A stretch of DNA of 64,000 nucleotides from an uncultured Gammaproteobacteria bacterium (lineage in GTDB: Bacteria > Patescibacteriota > Microgenomatia > JALYQM01): NCBI GenBank assembly GCA_964403585.1, contig CAYOFQ010000001.1, forward strand, positions 268,456-332,455, written 5' to 3'. The position numbers and the translations under genes are program-made. Every line of letters starts with the position of its first letter. The first letter of the stretch is position 1. The notes below the pieces were generated by a model. That model was not told where the DNA came from. It searched no databases and worked only from the letters and a program-made list of their open reading frames with translations. Shown in pieces: positions 19,033 to 31,662 of the stretch.

Positions 19033-21219
19033 ATGTCTACACTCGAAGAAATATATCAAATCAGGCTCAAAAAACTTGAGGAATTACGTAGAAAAGGGAT
19101 AAATGTTTATCCGACAAAATTTCCCCACGATAATGCAATTAAGCCTATCCTGGATAACTTCACTAACTTTGACGGTATTCAGGTCTCAACTGCAGGGCGA
19201 ATCATGTCCTGGCGTGAACATGGAAAGTCTACCTTCGGACATCTTCAGGATGAAACCGGCAAAATTCAAATCTACTTCAAAATCGACGAAATGAAGGAGG
19301 ATGCCTACGAACTTATAAAATATTTGGATGTGGGAGATATTATCGGGGTCAAAGGAACTGCTTTCCGTACACATCGTGGAGAAATAACGATCCTGGTCAA
19401 AGAATGGGATCTTTTAACCAAATCACTTCGACCTTTACCTGAGAAATGGGAAGGGTTATCCGACAAAGAAATCCGCTTACGCAAACGATATCTCGACCTG
19501 TTAATGAATGAAGATTCCCGCCGCATTTTTAAAATTCGTCACGATCTGGTCAGAGGAATCCGTGAATTTCTCGATCGCAAAGGTTTAACCGAAGTGGAGG
19601 TCCCCATCCTGCAACCGTTATATGGCGGTGCCAACGCCAAGCCCTTCACAACGCACATCAATTCTTTGGATAGCCTGGCATATCTTAAGATTGCATCGGA
19701 ACTGTACCTGAAGAGGCTCGTCGTGGGCGGTCTTGGTGGGGTTTATGACATCTCCAAGAACTTCCGTAATGAAGGTGTTGACCAGACCCATTATTTCGAG
19801 TTCTCCATGCTCGAAGCCTATGTTCCCTATATAGATTACCAGCAGATGATGGATCTCTTAGAGGAAATGATGCGCTATCTGGCTATGGATGTCTTAAAAA
19901 CCGAAGTGGTTAAAGTCCACGAGAACGAAGTAAATCTTAATCAGGAATGGAAGCGTATCACCATGTATGATCTCATCAAAGAAGATCAGGGGATTGATGT
20001 AACCAGTATGTCGGACGATGAGCTGTTAAAATATGCTCACTCTAAAAAGATCGATTTGGAAGGGAATACCCGTCGGGGAGAAATAATTTTCTATATCTTC
20101 GATAAAATTTCCTCCAAGAAATTAATGAATCCCACCTGGGTCTACGATTACCCTATGGAGATAAGTCCATTATCCAAACGTAATTTTGATCGGCCCGAAA
20201 TTGCCGAGCGGTTTGAACTGTACATTGGTGGTAAGGAAATAATGGACGGTTGGTCGGAAAAGAATGACCCGATCGACCAGCGCCAGTCTTTTGAGGCTGA
20301 AAACTACCGCAAACTCGATGCTGAGTCCGAAGTAGCGCAGCCAATCGACGAAGATTTTATCGAGTCTATGGAATACGGAATGCCTCCGACAGCCGGAGTT
20401 GGTGTGGGAATCGAACGCTTAACTGAATTTTTTACCAACGTCTGGACAATTCAGGAAACAATTTTATTCCCGTTCAAAAAGCCGATCGTTGATAGTGACG
20501 CCGACGATGGCCAAACACTATTTCTGGTTACCAAAAAAATATATGAACAATACCCCGATACCCTGGTTGGGGTAGTTATCGCCAGAGATATTCACAATGG
20601 TGAAAGTACCGAAGAAATCCGTGGATTATTACAAACAGAACAACAGCGGATAAAGTCCACCCTAACAGAGGAGACGTTAAAAGCCGATCCAAAAATAAAT
20701 ATCTGGCGTGAAACCTTCAAGAGTTTTGGTTCAAAACCTTCGGAATACCGTTCTTCGGTTGAGAATCTTCCCCGTATGATCCTGAAAGGCCGCGAACTAC
20801 GCTCGGAAAATAAATTGGTGGATATTTACAATTATGTATCACTCAAATATACACTTCCCGCGGGAGGGGAAGATCTCGACAAAACCGAAGGTTCAATTAA
20901 ATTAACTTTTGCCGGCAAAGATGAAGCGCCGGTTAAATTGCTGGGAGATGAAAAAGAAGAATCACCGTATGAAGGAGAAGTAATCTATAAAGATAACCTT
21001 TCAGCTATTTGTCGACGCTGGAATTGGCGCGAAGCCGACCGAACCAAACTTACCAGAGAAACTAACAATGCAGTGCTGGTTTTAGAGGCAAGAACCCCGG
21101 TAACTGTAGAAGAACTTGAAACTGCCCTGACTGAGTTAGCACAATTACTTGAAAGGCATACCGGTGCAAAGACTGCGACCAAAGTGCTCACCTCTGGCGA
21201 CCCCGGTATAAATATATGA
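19033..21219 (+). CDS. lysS: lysine--tRNA ligase (class II) fused to a C-terminal B3/B4 (PheT-type) tRNA-binding/editing domain
   Basis: aa 1-490 is a LysRS: OB anticodon-binding domain, then class II motifs. aa ~500-730 carries the B3_4 signature (VDIYNYVSLKYTLPAGGEDLDKTEGSIKLTFA; VIYKDNLSAICRRWNWREADRTKLTRETNNAVLVLEA). An extended -10 (TGtTACAAT, 19009-19017) lies 15 nt upstream of the ATG. The track start at 18997 is a TTG. Confidence 0.8.
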   Translation: MSTLEEIYQIRLKKLEELRRKGINVYPTKFPHDNAIKPILDNFTNFDGIQVSTAGRIMSWREHGKSTFGHLQDETGKIQIYFKIDEMKEDAYELIKYLDVGDIIGVKGTAFRTHRGEITILVKEWDLLTKSLRPLPEKWEGLSDKEIRLRKRYLDLLMNEDSRRIFKIRHDLVRGIREFLDRKGLTEVEVPILQPLYGGANAKPFTTHINSLDSLAYLKIASELYLKRLVVGGLGGVYDISKNFRNEGVDQTHYFEFSMLEAYVPYIDYQQMMDLLEEMMRYLAMDVLKTEVVKVHENEVNLNQEWKRITMYDLIKEDQGIDVTSMSDDELLKYAHSKKIDLEGNTRRGEIIFYIFDKISSKKLMNPTWVYDYPMEISPLSKRNFDRPEIAERFELYIGGKEIMDGWSEKNDPIDQRQSFEAENYRKLDAESEVAQPIDEDFIESMEYGMPPTAGVGVGIERLTEFFTNVWTIQETILFPFKKPIVDSDADDGQTLFLVTKKIYEQYPDTLVGVVIARDIHNGESTEEIRGLLQTEQQRIKSTLTEETLKADPKINIWRETFKSFGSKPSEYRSSVENLPRMILKGRELRSENKLVDIYNYVSLKYTLPAGGEDLDKTEGSIKLTFAGKDEAPVKLLGDEKEESPYEGEVIYKDNLSAICRRWNWREADRTKLTRETNNAVLVLEARTPVTVEELETALTELAQLLERHTGAKTATKVLTSGDPGINI

Positions 21220-21542
21220 TGCGTATTCGACTTGCTACACTTGAAGACAAAGAGAAGGTACTGAAGCTGCTCGATGAACTCGGGACTGAAGTAAATAGAC
21301 GAAAAGGAAGCAGTGAAATTAGTACTGAAGCCCAACAAATTGGTTCGGAAATATTTCAGGAAGTAGTTACCGGACCGCGCACCAAAATTTTTGTCGCCGA
21401 TGATGAAGGTGAGTTACTCGGGTTAACTACCTTTTATGAGCTGCCAAATATCCGTCACGGCTGGCACCGTGGCCACATTGAGGATATGGTTGTCAGCGAA
21501 AAAGCTCGGGGTCTACGAAAAAAACGGGGGTCGATTTACTGA
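21216..21542 (+). CDS. GNAT acetyltransferase-like small protein, possibly truncated
   Basis: 108 aa. The C-terminus, HIEDMVVSEKARGLRKKRGSIY, resembles the start of GNAT motif A (xEDLxVxxxxRGxGxG) but ends inside it. ATGA overlap with lysS. Confidence 0.35.
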   Translation: MMRIRLATLEDKEKVLKLLDELGTEVNRRKGSSEISTEAQQIGSEIFQEVVTGPRTKIFVADDEGELLGLTTFYELPNIRHGWHRGHIEDMVVSEKARGLRKKRGSIY

Positions 21543-21576
21543 AAAAATGTTTCGTTTTAATTTATAACTACTTTCT

Positions 21577-22722
21577 ATGAGTCCCGACCAGTCTCCTCGC
21601 ATAATGATTGCCAATGAGCAAACATTCTTCTCTGAATTTGCTCACCAGATTCGCCGCACAAATCCGGGAGATTCAATTCTGATCTGTACTATGGGATTTT
21701 ATCCCGATTACCAGGAAATAGGTTATCTCAATGATATCTATCTTGATCTGTTAAGCGCTGCATATAGTGGTGTTAAAGTTAGCATTGGAGTGTGTGATTA
21801 TACACGGGTGGTAACCGAAGACTGGCCGGATTTGTACCCTTCGACCAACCGGGAAATACGCCGGAGAAGAAAACAAAAAAGACACCTCTTAAGCCTTTTT
21901 AAAGAAGCTGATCAGGAGAATGTCTTGGATTTCCGGTATCTTCGACCGGTAAAAGGTGTCGAGAAAGCAGTCCCGGCAATGGGAAGGAATCACATTAAAT
22001 TATACGGAGTGAAGCAGGGCGAACAACCGGCTGTTTGGTGGTTCGGGAGCTCTAATTTACATACGGTACCTCGCAAAACTGAATCAATGGTCCAAACGTC
22101 TGATCCGGATTTAGCTATACCTTTAGAAATGCTCTATTGGAAAACGTTTAACGGTGAATTAACTCATGACATGGAACTTCAAATAAAAGACAAGTATAGA
22201 GTTTTTGCTGATGCCGGCGTACGTCACCAATCTTTAATTTATGAATATGTACAACAATGCATTAGATCCGCCCAGGATCATATCAGAATCTACTCTTTAA
22301 CACCGCTCAACAATGATATTCTTGAAACACTTATCACTAAAGCTAAAAGTAATCCTCATATTCAGATAGAAATAGTCTTATCGAGCATTACTCAAAAATT
22401 AATATCTCAATTTCCTGTATCCAAAGCGTATCTTGAAATGGTTTTACGAACACAAGGCTGCTCGAACATTGCAATTAGCCATACTGAGGGATTTCTTCAT
22501 GCTAAAATTGCGGACATTGACGATACTATTCTTATAATGTCACATAATCTGGCACAGGTAGGTGTGGACTTTGGAACTGCTGAAATAGCTATTGAATTTT
22601 TAATTGAACCGGATCGAAAAGAAATACGCGATTTCTGTCAAAGCGAAATCTTACGCAAAGCGACAACATTGCATCCTAGAAAAACATCGACCAGATGGTT
22701 GCCAATCCGGCAAGCGTCATAA
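21577..22722 (+). CDS. phospholipase D-superfamily protein with two degenerate HKD motifs
   Basis: Motif 1 HIKLYGVK...WWFGSSNLH (HxK...GSxN). Motif 2 HAKIADIDDTILIMSHNLAQ (HxKx4D). The 3' end overlaps convergent mntH by 47 nt. Confidence 0.5.
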   Translation: MSPDQSPRIMIANEQTFFSEFAHQIRRTNPGDSILICTMGFYPDYQEIGYLNDIYLDLLSAAYSGVKVSIGVCDYTRVVTEDWPDLYPSTNREIRRRRKQKRHLLSLFKEADQENVLDFRYLRPVKGVEKAVPAMGRNHIKLYGVKQGEQPAVWWFGSSNLHTVPRKTESMVQTSDPDLAIPLEMLYWKTFNGELTHDMELQIKDKYRVFADAGVRHQSLIYEYVQQCIRSAQDHIRIYSLTPLNNDILETLITKAKSNPHIQIEIVLSSITQKLISQFPVSKAYLEMVLRTQGCSNIAISHTEGFLHAKIADIDDTILIMSHNLAQVGVDFGTAEIAIEFLIEPDRKEIRDFCQSEILRKATTLHPRKTSTRWLPIRQAS

Positions 22723-24040
22723 TAGTCACTACTGCCCAGCCAACCAGCTTAGTAAACCAGCTATTCGCATGTCGTCCCATTATTTTCTTATCCCCGGCAA
22801 TTTGGACAATAAGTATTAAGACAACCGGCGCTACTAAGGCATTAACAACGGCAGAATAAATCAGTACTTTAATCGGGTCGAAGCCGAGAAAATTGATCAG
22901 CATCCCGATAACCATTGAAAAAATAATTACACCATAAAAGGCCGGTGCATCCTGCAGTTTGCGATACAATCCTGATTTCCAGTTGAAGCTTTCTGCGAAA
23001 GTGTACGCAGCCGAGCCTGCCAATACGGGAACTGCTAATAGTCCGGCGCCGACAATCCCCAGTGCAAACAGATCGAACGCAAAGTCTCCGGCAATTGGAC
23101 GTAACGCTTGCGCGGCATCGGCGGCGGAAGCAACATTAAACACACCATGGGCATGTAACGTTGCCGCACAGGCAGCAATTATAAAAAACATCACCATATT
23201 CGACACAAACATCCCGCTCCATACATCAACCCGCATATGAGAGATTTCGTCTTTGGTAGTTCCTTCGCGCAACTTCACTGTCGTTTTACCTTTCTTGATC
23301 TCTTCTTCAATTTCTTGCGATGTCTGCCAGAAGAATAAGTAGGGTGAAATCGTTGTTCCGAGAATCGCTGTCACTAAAAATATCTGATCTTTAGAAAAAG
23401 TCATTGAAGGAAGAACTGTGGCAAGTAAAAGCTGTCGCGTATCGAGTTTAACCAGCAATGCGGAGAAAACATACGAAAGAAGCACGAGTGTGAGCCATTT
23501 GAGATACCGTGCATACTGTTCGTAAGAGGTATAAATTTGTAGCAGTAAACAAAGTACTCCAAAAAACACAACCAGCACATAAAAGTTAAAGGCCGGAAAT
23601 ACCAGTTCGACAGCCTGTGCCATTGCTCCAAAGTCGGCACCTAAGTTCAGAGTATTGGCGATGAACAGGAGAATCGCGCAAATATACAGAACTTTTTTAG
23701 AGTAATTAAGTCGTATCGTACCCGCAAGCCCGCGTCCGGTCACAAGCCCTATTCGGGCGCACATCTCTTGTACAATCGCCATCAGCGGAAAGGTCACTCC
23801 GGAAAGCCATAACAGCTGGAACCCGTATTGGGCACCGGTTTGCGAGTAAGTGGCGATACCTGAGGGATCGTCGTCTGCTGCACCGGTAATCAAACCTGGC
23901 CCAAGCATATTCCAGTAACCGTGAGCCTTCTTAATTGACCCGGCGGCAGGAGTCTCTTTACCAATGCGACGTAAACCTTTAACTGTTTTATCCAGAGCGA
24001 TAGCAGGGGCTGCAAAAAAATTCTCAATCTGTTTACTCAT
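22676..24040 (-). CDS. mntH: NRAMP-family divalent metal cation transporter
   Basis: Nramp signature GPGLITGAADDDPSGIATYSQTGAQYGFQLLW near the N-terminus. About 11 TM helices. Confidence 0.8.
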   Translation of the reverse strand: MSKQIENFFAAPAIALDKTVKGLRRIGKETPAAGSIKKAHGYWNMLGPGLITGAADDDPSGIATYSQTGAQYGFQLLWLSGVTFPLMAIVQEMCARIGLVTGRGLAGTIRLNYSKKVLYICAILLFIANTLNLGADFGAMAQAVELVFPAFNFYVLVVFFGVLCLLLQIYTSYEQYARYLKWLTLVLLSYVFSALLVKLDTRQLLLATVLPSMTFSKDQIFLVTAILGTTISPYLFFWQTSQEIEEEIKKGKTTVKLREGTTKDEISHMRVDVWSGMFVSNMVMFFIIAACAATLHAHGVFNVASAADAAQALRPIAGDFAFDLFALGIVGAGLLAVPVLAGSAAYTFAESFNWKSGLYRKLQDAPAFYGVIIFSMVIGMLINFLGFDPIKVLIYSAVVNALVAPVVLILIVQIAGDKKIMGRHANSWFTKLVGWAVVTIMTLAGLATIWSMFF

Positions 24041-24048
24041 AATAATAT

Positions 24049-24056
24049 TGTATAAT
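24049..24056 (+). promoter_or_regulatory. putative -10 element (TTGTATAAT) for mscL; the divergent region is shared with mntH
   Basis: TATAAT at 24051-24056 preceded by TG. A strong SD (AAGAGGAAAA) sits 5 nt before the mscL ATG. Confidence 0.3.
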
Positions 24057-24098
24057 CATTAGTATCAGTAATCTACAGCAGAATAGAAAGAGGAAAAT

Positions 24099-24497
24099 AT
24101 GGAAGGTTTTAAAAAATTCTTACTACGAGGCAATGTTGTTGACCTGGCTGTGGGCGTTGTCGTGGGAGCAGCATTTACCGGTATTGTGAATGCTTTTGTT
24201 AAAGATCTGCTTACACCGTTGATTGGTGCTATTGGCGGCAATCACGATTTTTCAAATTTATATTTCACTGTCAATTCCAGTAAATTTATGTACGGAGATT
24301 TCCTTAATGCCTTAATTTCCTTTATAATCGTTGCCTCGGTAGTATATTTCTTCGTCGTACTCCCAATGAACAAACTTACCGAGAGAGCCAATCGGAGCAA
24401 AGAGAGCGAACCATCTAACAAAAAATGCCCTGAATGTTTCAGTGATATTCCGGTCAAAGCGAAGCGCTGTGCCTTTTGCACGTCTGTCGTCGAGTAA
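24099..24497 (+). CDS. mscL: large-conductance mechanosensitive channel MscL with a C-terminal C4 zinc-ribbon extension
   Basis: N-terminal FLLRGNVVDLAVGVVVGAAFTGIVNAFVKDLLTPLIG is the MscL signature. The C-terminal 25 aa contain CPEC...CAFC. Confidence 0.85.
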   Translation: MEGFKKFLLRGNVVDLAVGVVVGAAFTGIVNAFVKDLLTPLIGAIGGNHDFSNLYFTVNSSKFMYGDFLNALISFIIVASVVYFFVVLPMNKLTERANRSKESEPSNKKCPECFSDIPVKAKRCAFCTSVVE

Positions 24498-24550
24498 TCC
24501 AGTTGGAATGTGTGTTGCATATGCAGCAATTTTACATTATCATCTAAACT

Positions 24551-26602
24551 ATGCAAAACGTATCCAAAAATTTAATCGTTGCAATTGCGTTTGTACTTCC
24601 GTTATTTTTTCTTTCACTCACTACTGAATTCTATGATTTTAATAAGCAAATGTTATTGCTTGTTGCTGTTATTGCGATTCTGGTAATGTCTTGGGTTAAC
24701 TACAGTCGGACAAAAACATTTAATTTAACACTATCTGCTCTAAATATACCCGTAGTCGTGTTTGCCGTTGCCGCGTTACTCTCGCTATTTGTTAATTCTC
24801 CGAACAAAACTGAAGCGCTCTTTTTTCCGCTGGGAGCAGGGACAATCGTTTTGGTCTCACTCTGGTATGCTGCCGTTACCAATAAAATTCAGGTTCAGAA
24901 TGTCAAAAGTGTAACTAATGCACTTGTAATCAGTGGCACGGTACTTTCGGTGATCGCTTTACTGCAATATGCCAATGTTGGTTCCGCACTTTTTGGTAAA
25001 AACCTGCCCTATCTTAACCCAAAGACCTGGAACCCAACCGGGTCACCGTTAACACTCGTGTTACTGTTAGTAGCCCTGTTACCAATTCCGATAATCAATG
25101 TTATCGAAGCTTTCCGTAACAAAAAAAATACCCATGAATCGGAATCCAACTACCGTGAGCTTGCCAGCTATGGATTGCCCCTGCTAATCATCACGTTAAC
25201 CTTAGCACTTTTTATTCCGGAACTGTTAACCAACTCCAAGCCGATCCTGTTACCCTATAGCACCGGCTGGACTATTGCCGCCGACACCATGAAGAATGTT
25301 CGTACCGCAGCACTCGGAGTTGGTCCGCTCAACTATATGTTGGCTTTCTCCACAGGAAGACCAATTACCTTCAACGCTAATCCTTTTTGGAATGTTCGCT
25401 TTACCTCGAGCAGCAATCAGTATCTGCACATTATTACCGAAATGGGCATCATTGGACTGGTAGCCTATTTACTTATTGTTGGGCGTACTGTACGCAAAGG
25501 CGTACAATATCTCCGGGGATTACAAAAGAACCAGTACGCGTACAATCCGATCTTTCTCGCGGTCATATTGTCTGTCCTAATCATTTTTGTCGAACAGATC
25601 TTCTTCCCATCAACATTCCTGCAACTATTCCTTTTGTTTACCTTACTGGGGTTGTTGGCCCGCTTCATGTCACATCGCATCTATAACGAAAGTTCAAATA
25701 TTTTGTTTTATGTATTGTCAGTAGTACTCTTATGTTTCTTATTCTTTACACTAACACAATCATATAGTGTCTATGCTGCTGAGGTCTACCTGAAGCGCTC
25801 TCTTGATGCTGCCCGGGCGAATAAGAATCAGGATATTTATACGAATCAAAGGAACGCCATCTTGGCCAATCCATATATAGACCGGTACCACTCGCTTTTT
25901 GCACAAACTAACTTAGCTTTTGCGTTGTCTTTATCCCAAAAGAAAGATATTAACGACTCGGATAAAGCTACGTTGGCGCAATTACTCGGCAATGCCGCGC
26001 AGGAAGGTAAAAATGCCGTAGTTCAAAATCCGACCAATGTTCAAAATTGGGAAAACCTGGCCGGTATTTACCGCGCCATGATGGGAGCTGTAAAGAATGC
26101 GGATTCGTGGACAGCCCAATCATATCAGCAGGCGATCGCGCTTGACCCCATTAATCCGAATTTACGGTTAAGTGTTGGCGGTCTATTTTACGCAGCTAAA
26201 AACTATGATGCCGCCATTCAATATTTCCAGCAGGCAGTCAATTTGAAACCGAATTTTCCGAATGCACATTATAACCTTGCTGCCGCCTATCGCGAGAAGA
26301 AAGATTTCACACGGTCGGCTGCCGAGATGCAGGCGGTATTAGCGCTGCTCCCCACCGATTCACCGGATCGGGAGAAAGCACAGAAAGAACTGGATGACAT
26401 TAAAAAGAATATTCCCGCCGCTCCCGAATCAACCTCACAGGGCAGCGACTTAAAAGCCCCAGCCGGAGAGACCAATAAAGTTACCACGCCGGTTGATGTT
26501 CCAAATGATGCCGCTCCGGACAATGTTATCAATGATGGACGTTCTACCAGCCGCCCATCTGCAACTCCAGTACCATCGTCAAGCCCGGAAGGTGGACCGT
26601 AA
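24551..26602 (+). CDS. O-antigen ligase/Wzy_C-family polytopic membrane protein fused to C-terminal TPR repeats
   Basis: About 12 TM helices. Wzy_C-like periplasmic loop motif NQYLHIITEMGIIGLVAYLL. The C-terminal 250 aa hold TPR-like repeats (AIALDPINPNLRLSVGGLFYAAKNYDAAIQYFQQAVNLKPNFPNAHYNLAAAY), followed by a Pro/Ser tail. Confidence 0.6.
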   Translation: MQNVSKNLIVAIAFVLPLFFLSLTTEFYDFNKQMLLLVAVIAILVMSWVNYSRTKTFNLTLSALNIPVVVFAVAALLSLFVNSPNKTEALFFPLGAGTIVLVSLWYAAVTNKIQVQNVKSVTNALVISGTVLSVIALLQYANVGSALFGKNLPYLNPKTWNPTGSPLTLVLLLVALLPIPIINVIEAFRNKKNTHESESNYRELASYGLPLLIITLTLALFIPELLTNSKPILLPYSTGWTIAADTMKNVRTAALGVGPLNYMLAFSTGRPITFNANPFWNVRFTSSSNQYLHIITEMGIIGLVAYLLIVGRTVRKGVQYLRGLQKNQYAYNPIFLAVILSVLIIFVEQIFFPSTFLQLFLLFTLLGLLARFMSHRIYNESSNILFYVLSVVLLCFLFFTLTQSYSVYAAEVYLKRSLDAARANKNQDIYTNQRNAILANPYIDRYHSLFAQTNLAFALSLSQKKDINDSDKATLAQLLGNAAQEGKNAVVQNPTNVQNWENLAGIYRAMMGAVKNADSWTAQSYQQAIALDPINPNLRLSVGGLFYAAKNYDAAIQYFQQAVNLKPNFPNAHYNLAAAYREKKDFTRSAAEMQAVLALLPTDSPDREKAQKELDDIKKNIPAAPESTSQGSDLKAPAGETNKVTTPVDVPNDAAPDNVINDGRSTSRPSATPVPSSSPEGGP

Positions 26603-26604
26603 CA

Positions 26605-29102
<2,498 letters not shown>

Positions 29103-29121
<19 letters not shown>

Positions 29122-30587
29122 AAGACGCGTAGCCGCTCCTTCCGTTCATTGACAAACGTAATCAAATCATCGCCCTTCGTCAAACTGAAAAGAGCTTCGA
29201 ATTCCTGAGTTGTCTGTTCATCACCGAGCCCTGACATCAATTGAATACGAGCCTTCTCTATATCGGTTGCCCGCTTCGAACTAAACTCATCGGACCAAAC
29301 CATACCAAAAAGTAATAGATCGGCTAATATCGAATTTGTATAATAATTATTCTGATAGAAATAATCATACAATCGCTGGCCTCTGGTCAATATGGTTTTA
29401 ATATTGCTGCTTACTTCAGCGCCAAAACGCGCGTACGTCTGTACTCGTGTGTATTCGGCAAAAAAACTGGTAACCATATGATTAATATCCCGTAGCAAAA
29501 CAGGTTGTGTCTGCTTTCCCGCGCGGGTAACTGAGAGTGAAATATTAATCGGCGGACGAATGCCGGATAAATACGTCTCCCGGTCAAAATAAAGGTGACC
29601 GTCCGTCATACCGATGCTGTTGGTGGAAATATATGAAGTAAAATCACCTTCAATCGAGTGAACAATAGGCAAGCAGGTAATACTGACATCTCGTTCATCC
29701 GTGTAGGCAAAGTTCCCGCATCGCTCAAGTAGCTGGGAATGCGCATAAAATATATCTCCGGGATAAGACTCACGGCCGGGAAAACGACCGGCTAATAACG
29801 AAAATTCACGGTAAAATTGAGCGTGGGAGGAGAGGTCTTCAAGTACAAGCAGAACATCAAACCCCTGCGACTTGTAATACTCTGCTGCCGCCATAGCAAC
29901 ATACGGGGTGAGGTAAATTAACGCCGGGGAATCAACCGACGAAGTTGCAATAATCATCGCATAGTCAAGTAAGGCTTCAGACTCAAAAAAATCATAAATG
30001 AGCCGGATGTCTTCATTATTTTGACCAATAGCGGCATATACAACCTTCATTCCATTATGAATTGCAGTAAGCGCACTCTGTAACGCAAATTGTCGTTTAC
30101 CCGTTTTGCGGTCGCCAATCAGCAGTTGTTTCTGACCTCTCCCGATTGGTAGCAAAAAGTCTACCAGCCGTACTCCTGTTGCTAATTGCTGTTTAACTCG
30201 CTTGCGCTGAGAAAGACCAGGCCCGCCAACAAATACGGGAAGTGGAGTAACTTCCACCTGCGTAACCCGCTCGCCAAGCAGGACATTGCCTAACGGATCA
30301 ATAATTTTACCTTCCATCCCCGGATACGCATTAAAAGATACCATGGCTCCTGTTCGTGCTACCCGTGTTGCCGGAGCAACGGGGTGTCTGGAAAGTAATC
30401 CCACCTGTGCTGTGTCTTCACGCAGAGCAAAAACCTGACCCGTTTCGCCACTTTCAAAAAGCACCAGTTCATTAAGTCTGACGGTAGGTAGTCCAACCAC
30501 AGAAACTATCGGGTACATAATCTCTGTTACATATCCCGTTTCCACATGTTCGGAAGCATAATACGAAAAATCCTTCTCATCTTCCAT
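29103..30587 (-). CDS. atpA: F1 ATP synthase alpha subunit, with an atypical Walker A (GDRKTGKR instead of GDRQTGKT)
   Basis: VDFLLPIGRGQKQLLIGDRKTGKRQFALQSALTAI aligns to the alpha-subunit P-loop region. Size is 494 aa. The conserved Thr/Ser after the Lys is replaced by Arg. Confidence 0.85.
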
Positions 30588-31026
30588 GTTTGATTGTATT
30601 TGCCTTCCTCCACTTAGTAATATCCCGTTTCAATGAATGGTCACTGTACATACCCTTGAATTCAATAACACATCCTCCAATAATCCCCGGATTAACGACC
30701 AGATCGAGCAGAAATGGTTCATTAAGATCACTCTGTAGACTAGCAACAAGCTTTTTCAGGAAATTCTTAGTTGGAATAAAAGATATCTGCATCATCAAGA
30801 GTGGAACCTCAAAAACTTGTTTTCGTAATGCCTTAAGATCTGTGTAAGTTTTTACTACTTCACGGAGCAATGCGAATTCATCCCGGGTAAACAGATCATC
30901 CGGTAGCTGGAAGCTTGCTGTTTGTGATTGTTGCTGAATGATTTGATCCAGCGAAGTCACAAACGCGTGCATCCGCTCTTTTGTACCAAGTAACTGACAT
31001 AAAGATTGTAAGTGAGAATCCGTCAT
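30577..31026 (-). CDS. atpH: F1 ATP synthase delta (OSCP) subunit
   Basis: 149-aa helical protein between atpF and atpA, overlapping both (operon position). Weak direct similarity. Confidence 0.55.
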   Translation of the reverse strand: MTDSHLQSLCQLLGTKERMHAFVTSLDQIIQQQSQTASFQLPDDLFTRDEFALLREVVKTYTDLKALRKQVFEVPLLMMQISFIPTKNFLKKLVASLQSDLNEPFLLDLVVNPGIIGGCVIEFKGMYSDHSLKRDITKWRKANTIKHGR

Positions 31027-31661
31027 GGTCGAGACTCTTTAAAATAGAGATTAATCGCATTAAGTACAAGTATTTCCTGATCCTGGATCGAAATGCCATT
31101 CTTTATCACATCTTTCACAATCGTATCAATATCACGGGTAACCATCTCCTTAAGCATACTCCGAGCGTTCACACGCTCATCTTCGATATATTGAGTCAGC
31201 AAATCCTTCTCCGATGAAATCATCTGCACTGATGCCTGTTTCATAGCCGTTTTATATTGCTCACTCCACTGATCAATATCTTCTTTATTTTTTTGAATAT
31301 ATTGACGTAATTCAGCCTTAACCAGTTCTGTTGAATCAAGCAGTATACGATATAATTCCTGAGAAAATTCCTGTACTTTGGCAATCTCTTGTTTATGAAT
31401 TTCCTGTAAGTCATGTTCCAGTTCATGTCCGATTGATTCGGAAACGTTTTTACTCGAAGTAATCGTGTCAGTCACTTCTGTTTTAAATCGGGAAAGTACT
31501 TCATCAAATTGTTCAAGCGATTGCTGTAACCCTTTTTGAAACACATCATCAGCTACTTCCTTACTGTGTTTACTAAGCAGAATAAATCGGTCATAGAAAA
31601 TATATGCCATCAATATGACATTAAAAGCCAGTAATACAAAAATATAAATTTCTAAATACAT
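31023..31661 (-). CDS. atpF: Fo ATP synthase b subunit
   Basis: A single N-terminal TM helix (IYIFVLLAFNVILMAYIF), then a long charged coiled-coil. 212 aa. Immediately upstream of atpH. Confidence 0.65.
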   Translation of the reverse strand: MYLEIYIFVLLAFNVILMAYIFYDRFILLSKHSKEVADDVFQKGLQQSLEQFDEVLSRFKTEVTDTITSSKNVSESIGHELEHDLQEIHKQEIAKVQEFSQELYRILLDSTELVKAELRQYIQKNKEDIDQWSEQYKTAMKQASVQMISSEKDLLTQYIEDERVNARSMLKEMVTRDIDTIVKDVIKNGISIQDQEILVLNAINLYFKESRP

Positions 31662-31662
31662 T

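Noticed and set aside
22604-23240. Plus-strand ORFs 22604-22819 and 22959-23240
   Set aside because: They are antisense to the NRAMP transporter gene.
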